This document shows, piece after piece, positions 26,169-26,879 of a stretch of 26,879 nucleotides of DNA. The stretch is taken from NCBI GenBank assembly GCA_041618055.1, contig JBFJNS010000001.1, positions 1 through 26,879 on the forward strand. The letters run 5' to 3'. A program made the position numbers and the translations under genes. Source of the stretch: Candidatus Binatia bacterium (GTDB taxonomy: Bacteria; Desulfobacterota; Binatia; UBA9968). The notes below the pieces were generated by a model that searched no databases, was not told the DNA's origin, and worked only from the letters and a program-made list of their open reading frames with translations. Numbering within the stretch: the stretch's first letter is position 1; every line of letters begins with the position of its first letter.

Positions 26169-26879
26169 TCAGTTGGCGGCGCCCATTGCAGCCAGTATGG
26201 CTCTTGCCGGAACGCCTTCTTTTTCGAAGTTCGCCACGATCTTATCCCTCGCTTTGATCAGTAGCGAGTTCCCCTTTTTCACCTCGTCGGGCGATAGCAC
26301 AATCACCTCGTGCTTCGCGCTCTTGCGAACGCCATCGAGATCCTCCGCGCCCTCCCTTTCGTAGACTCTGGCACCCATAAGGCTCAGTTCACGACCGGTA
26401 GTCTTGTCGATGACGGCCTTGTGTGGACTCGACAGGCTCTCGTAGGCTCTTTTGTTCATCGCGAGAAAAAAAGGCGACCGCCCAAAGACAAGCCCAATCG
26501 TATAGTATTTGGCCACCTCCCCGATTTTGAACGATGTAATGACGGTGGGAGGAACCATAAGGGCATCCACGACGCCGGTGCTAAGGGCACGGTACATCTC
26601 GCTGGCCGGTAGGGATACGGGGGTAGCGCCTAAGGCTGCAATCAGGTCGGCTTGATCCTTCGACGGCACGCGCATCTTCATGCCCTTAATGTCCTCGACC
26701 TTGCGGATTGGCTTATCTTTCGTCATCAGGATGGGCCCGTCATTTCCCCAAACAGCAAGGACTTTTACCCGCTCGTATTCGGTGGCTAGGTACTTGTCGA
26801 ATATATCCCAGAGCTTGTTGGTTGCCTCGATAGCGTCCGATGCAACTCCAGGGAGTTCGATCATTGTCGTTCTGGGGAA
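26169..26879 (-). CDS. dctP: TRAP transporter substrate-binding protein (5' part outside the window)
   Basis: Frame is open to the window edge (FPRTTMIELPG...). KPIRKVEDIKGMKMRVP retains the carboxylate-binding Arg; EMYRALSTGVVD. Confidence 0.92.
   Translation of the reverse strand, partial: FPRTTMIELPGVASDAIEATNKLWDIFDKYLATEYERVKVLAVWGNDGPILMTKDKPIRKVEDIKGMKMRVPSKDQADLIAALGATPVSLPASEMYRALSTGVVDALMVPPTVITSFKIGEVAKYYTIGLVFGRSPFFLAMNKRAYESLSSPHKAVIDKTTGRELSLMGARVYEREGAEDLDGVRKSAKHEVIVLSPDEVKKGNSLLIKARDKIVANFEKEGVPARAILAAMGAAN

Noticed and set aside
1-26879. CRISPR arrays, rRNA/tRNA genes, IS elements
   Set aside because: No regularly spaced repeats, cloverleaf or rRNA-like segments, transposase ORFs or terminal inverted repeats were found.

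Overview
Bacterial chromosomal window using the standard code, with Deltaproteobacteria-like gene content (the lineage is an inference). Left part is housekeeping: a 5'-truncated PhzF-family remnant, class II B12-dependent ribonucleotide reductase nrdJ with tandem NrdR boxes, DciA/DUF721, a tRNA m6A37 methyltransferase, mlaE-F-D-C, lhgO and a gamma-carbonic-anhydrase-like gene. Middle part is an eroded arsenic operon: arsR, a glyoxalase/ArsI-CadI remnant, acr3, a probable arsC remnant and DUF2703. Right part is a catabolic region: a xanthine-dehydrogenase-family Mo-hydroxylase (L-M-S) divergent from an Fe-S/flavin OYE-family oxidoreductase and an EntE/DhbE-like adenylating ligase, with back-to-back sigma54-type promoters; then an Ldh_2-family dehydrogenase, a secreted beta-propeller protein and a TRAP transporter. 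The main signal is at 22.7-24.3 kb. Two divergently transcribed genes (AhpD-like peroxidase family and OsmC-like) each appear as two ORFs split by one in-frame TGA. In each, the TGA sits at the family's catalytic Cys position (CxxU-xxx-H and UxxT) and is followed by a hairpin of the same design (7-bp stem, GUU loop). I read these as a head-to-head pair of selenoproteins with SECIS elements, possibly a peroxidase/reductase redox couple. No rRNA, tRNA, CRISPR or intact mobile element is visible.
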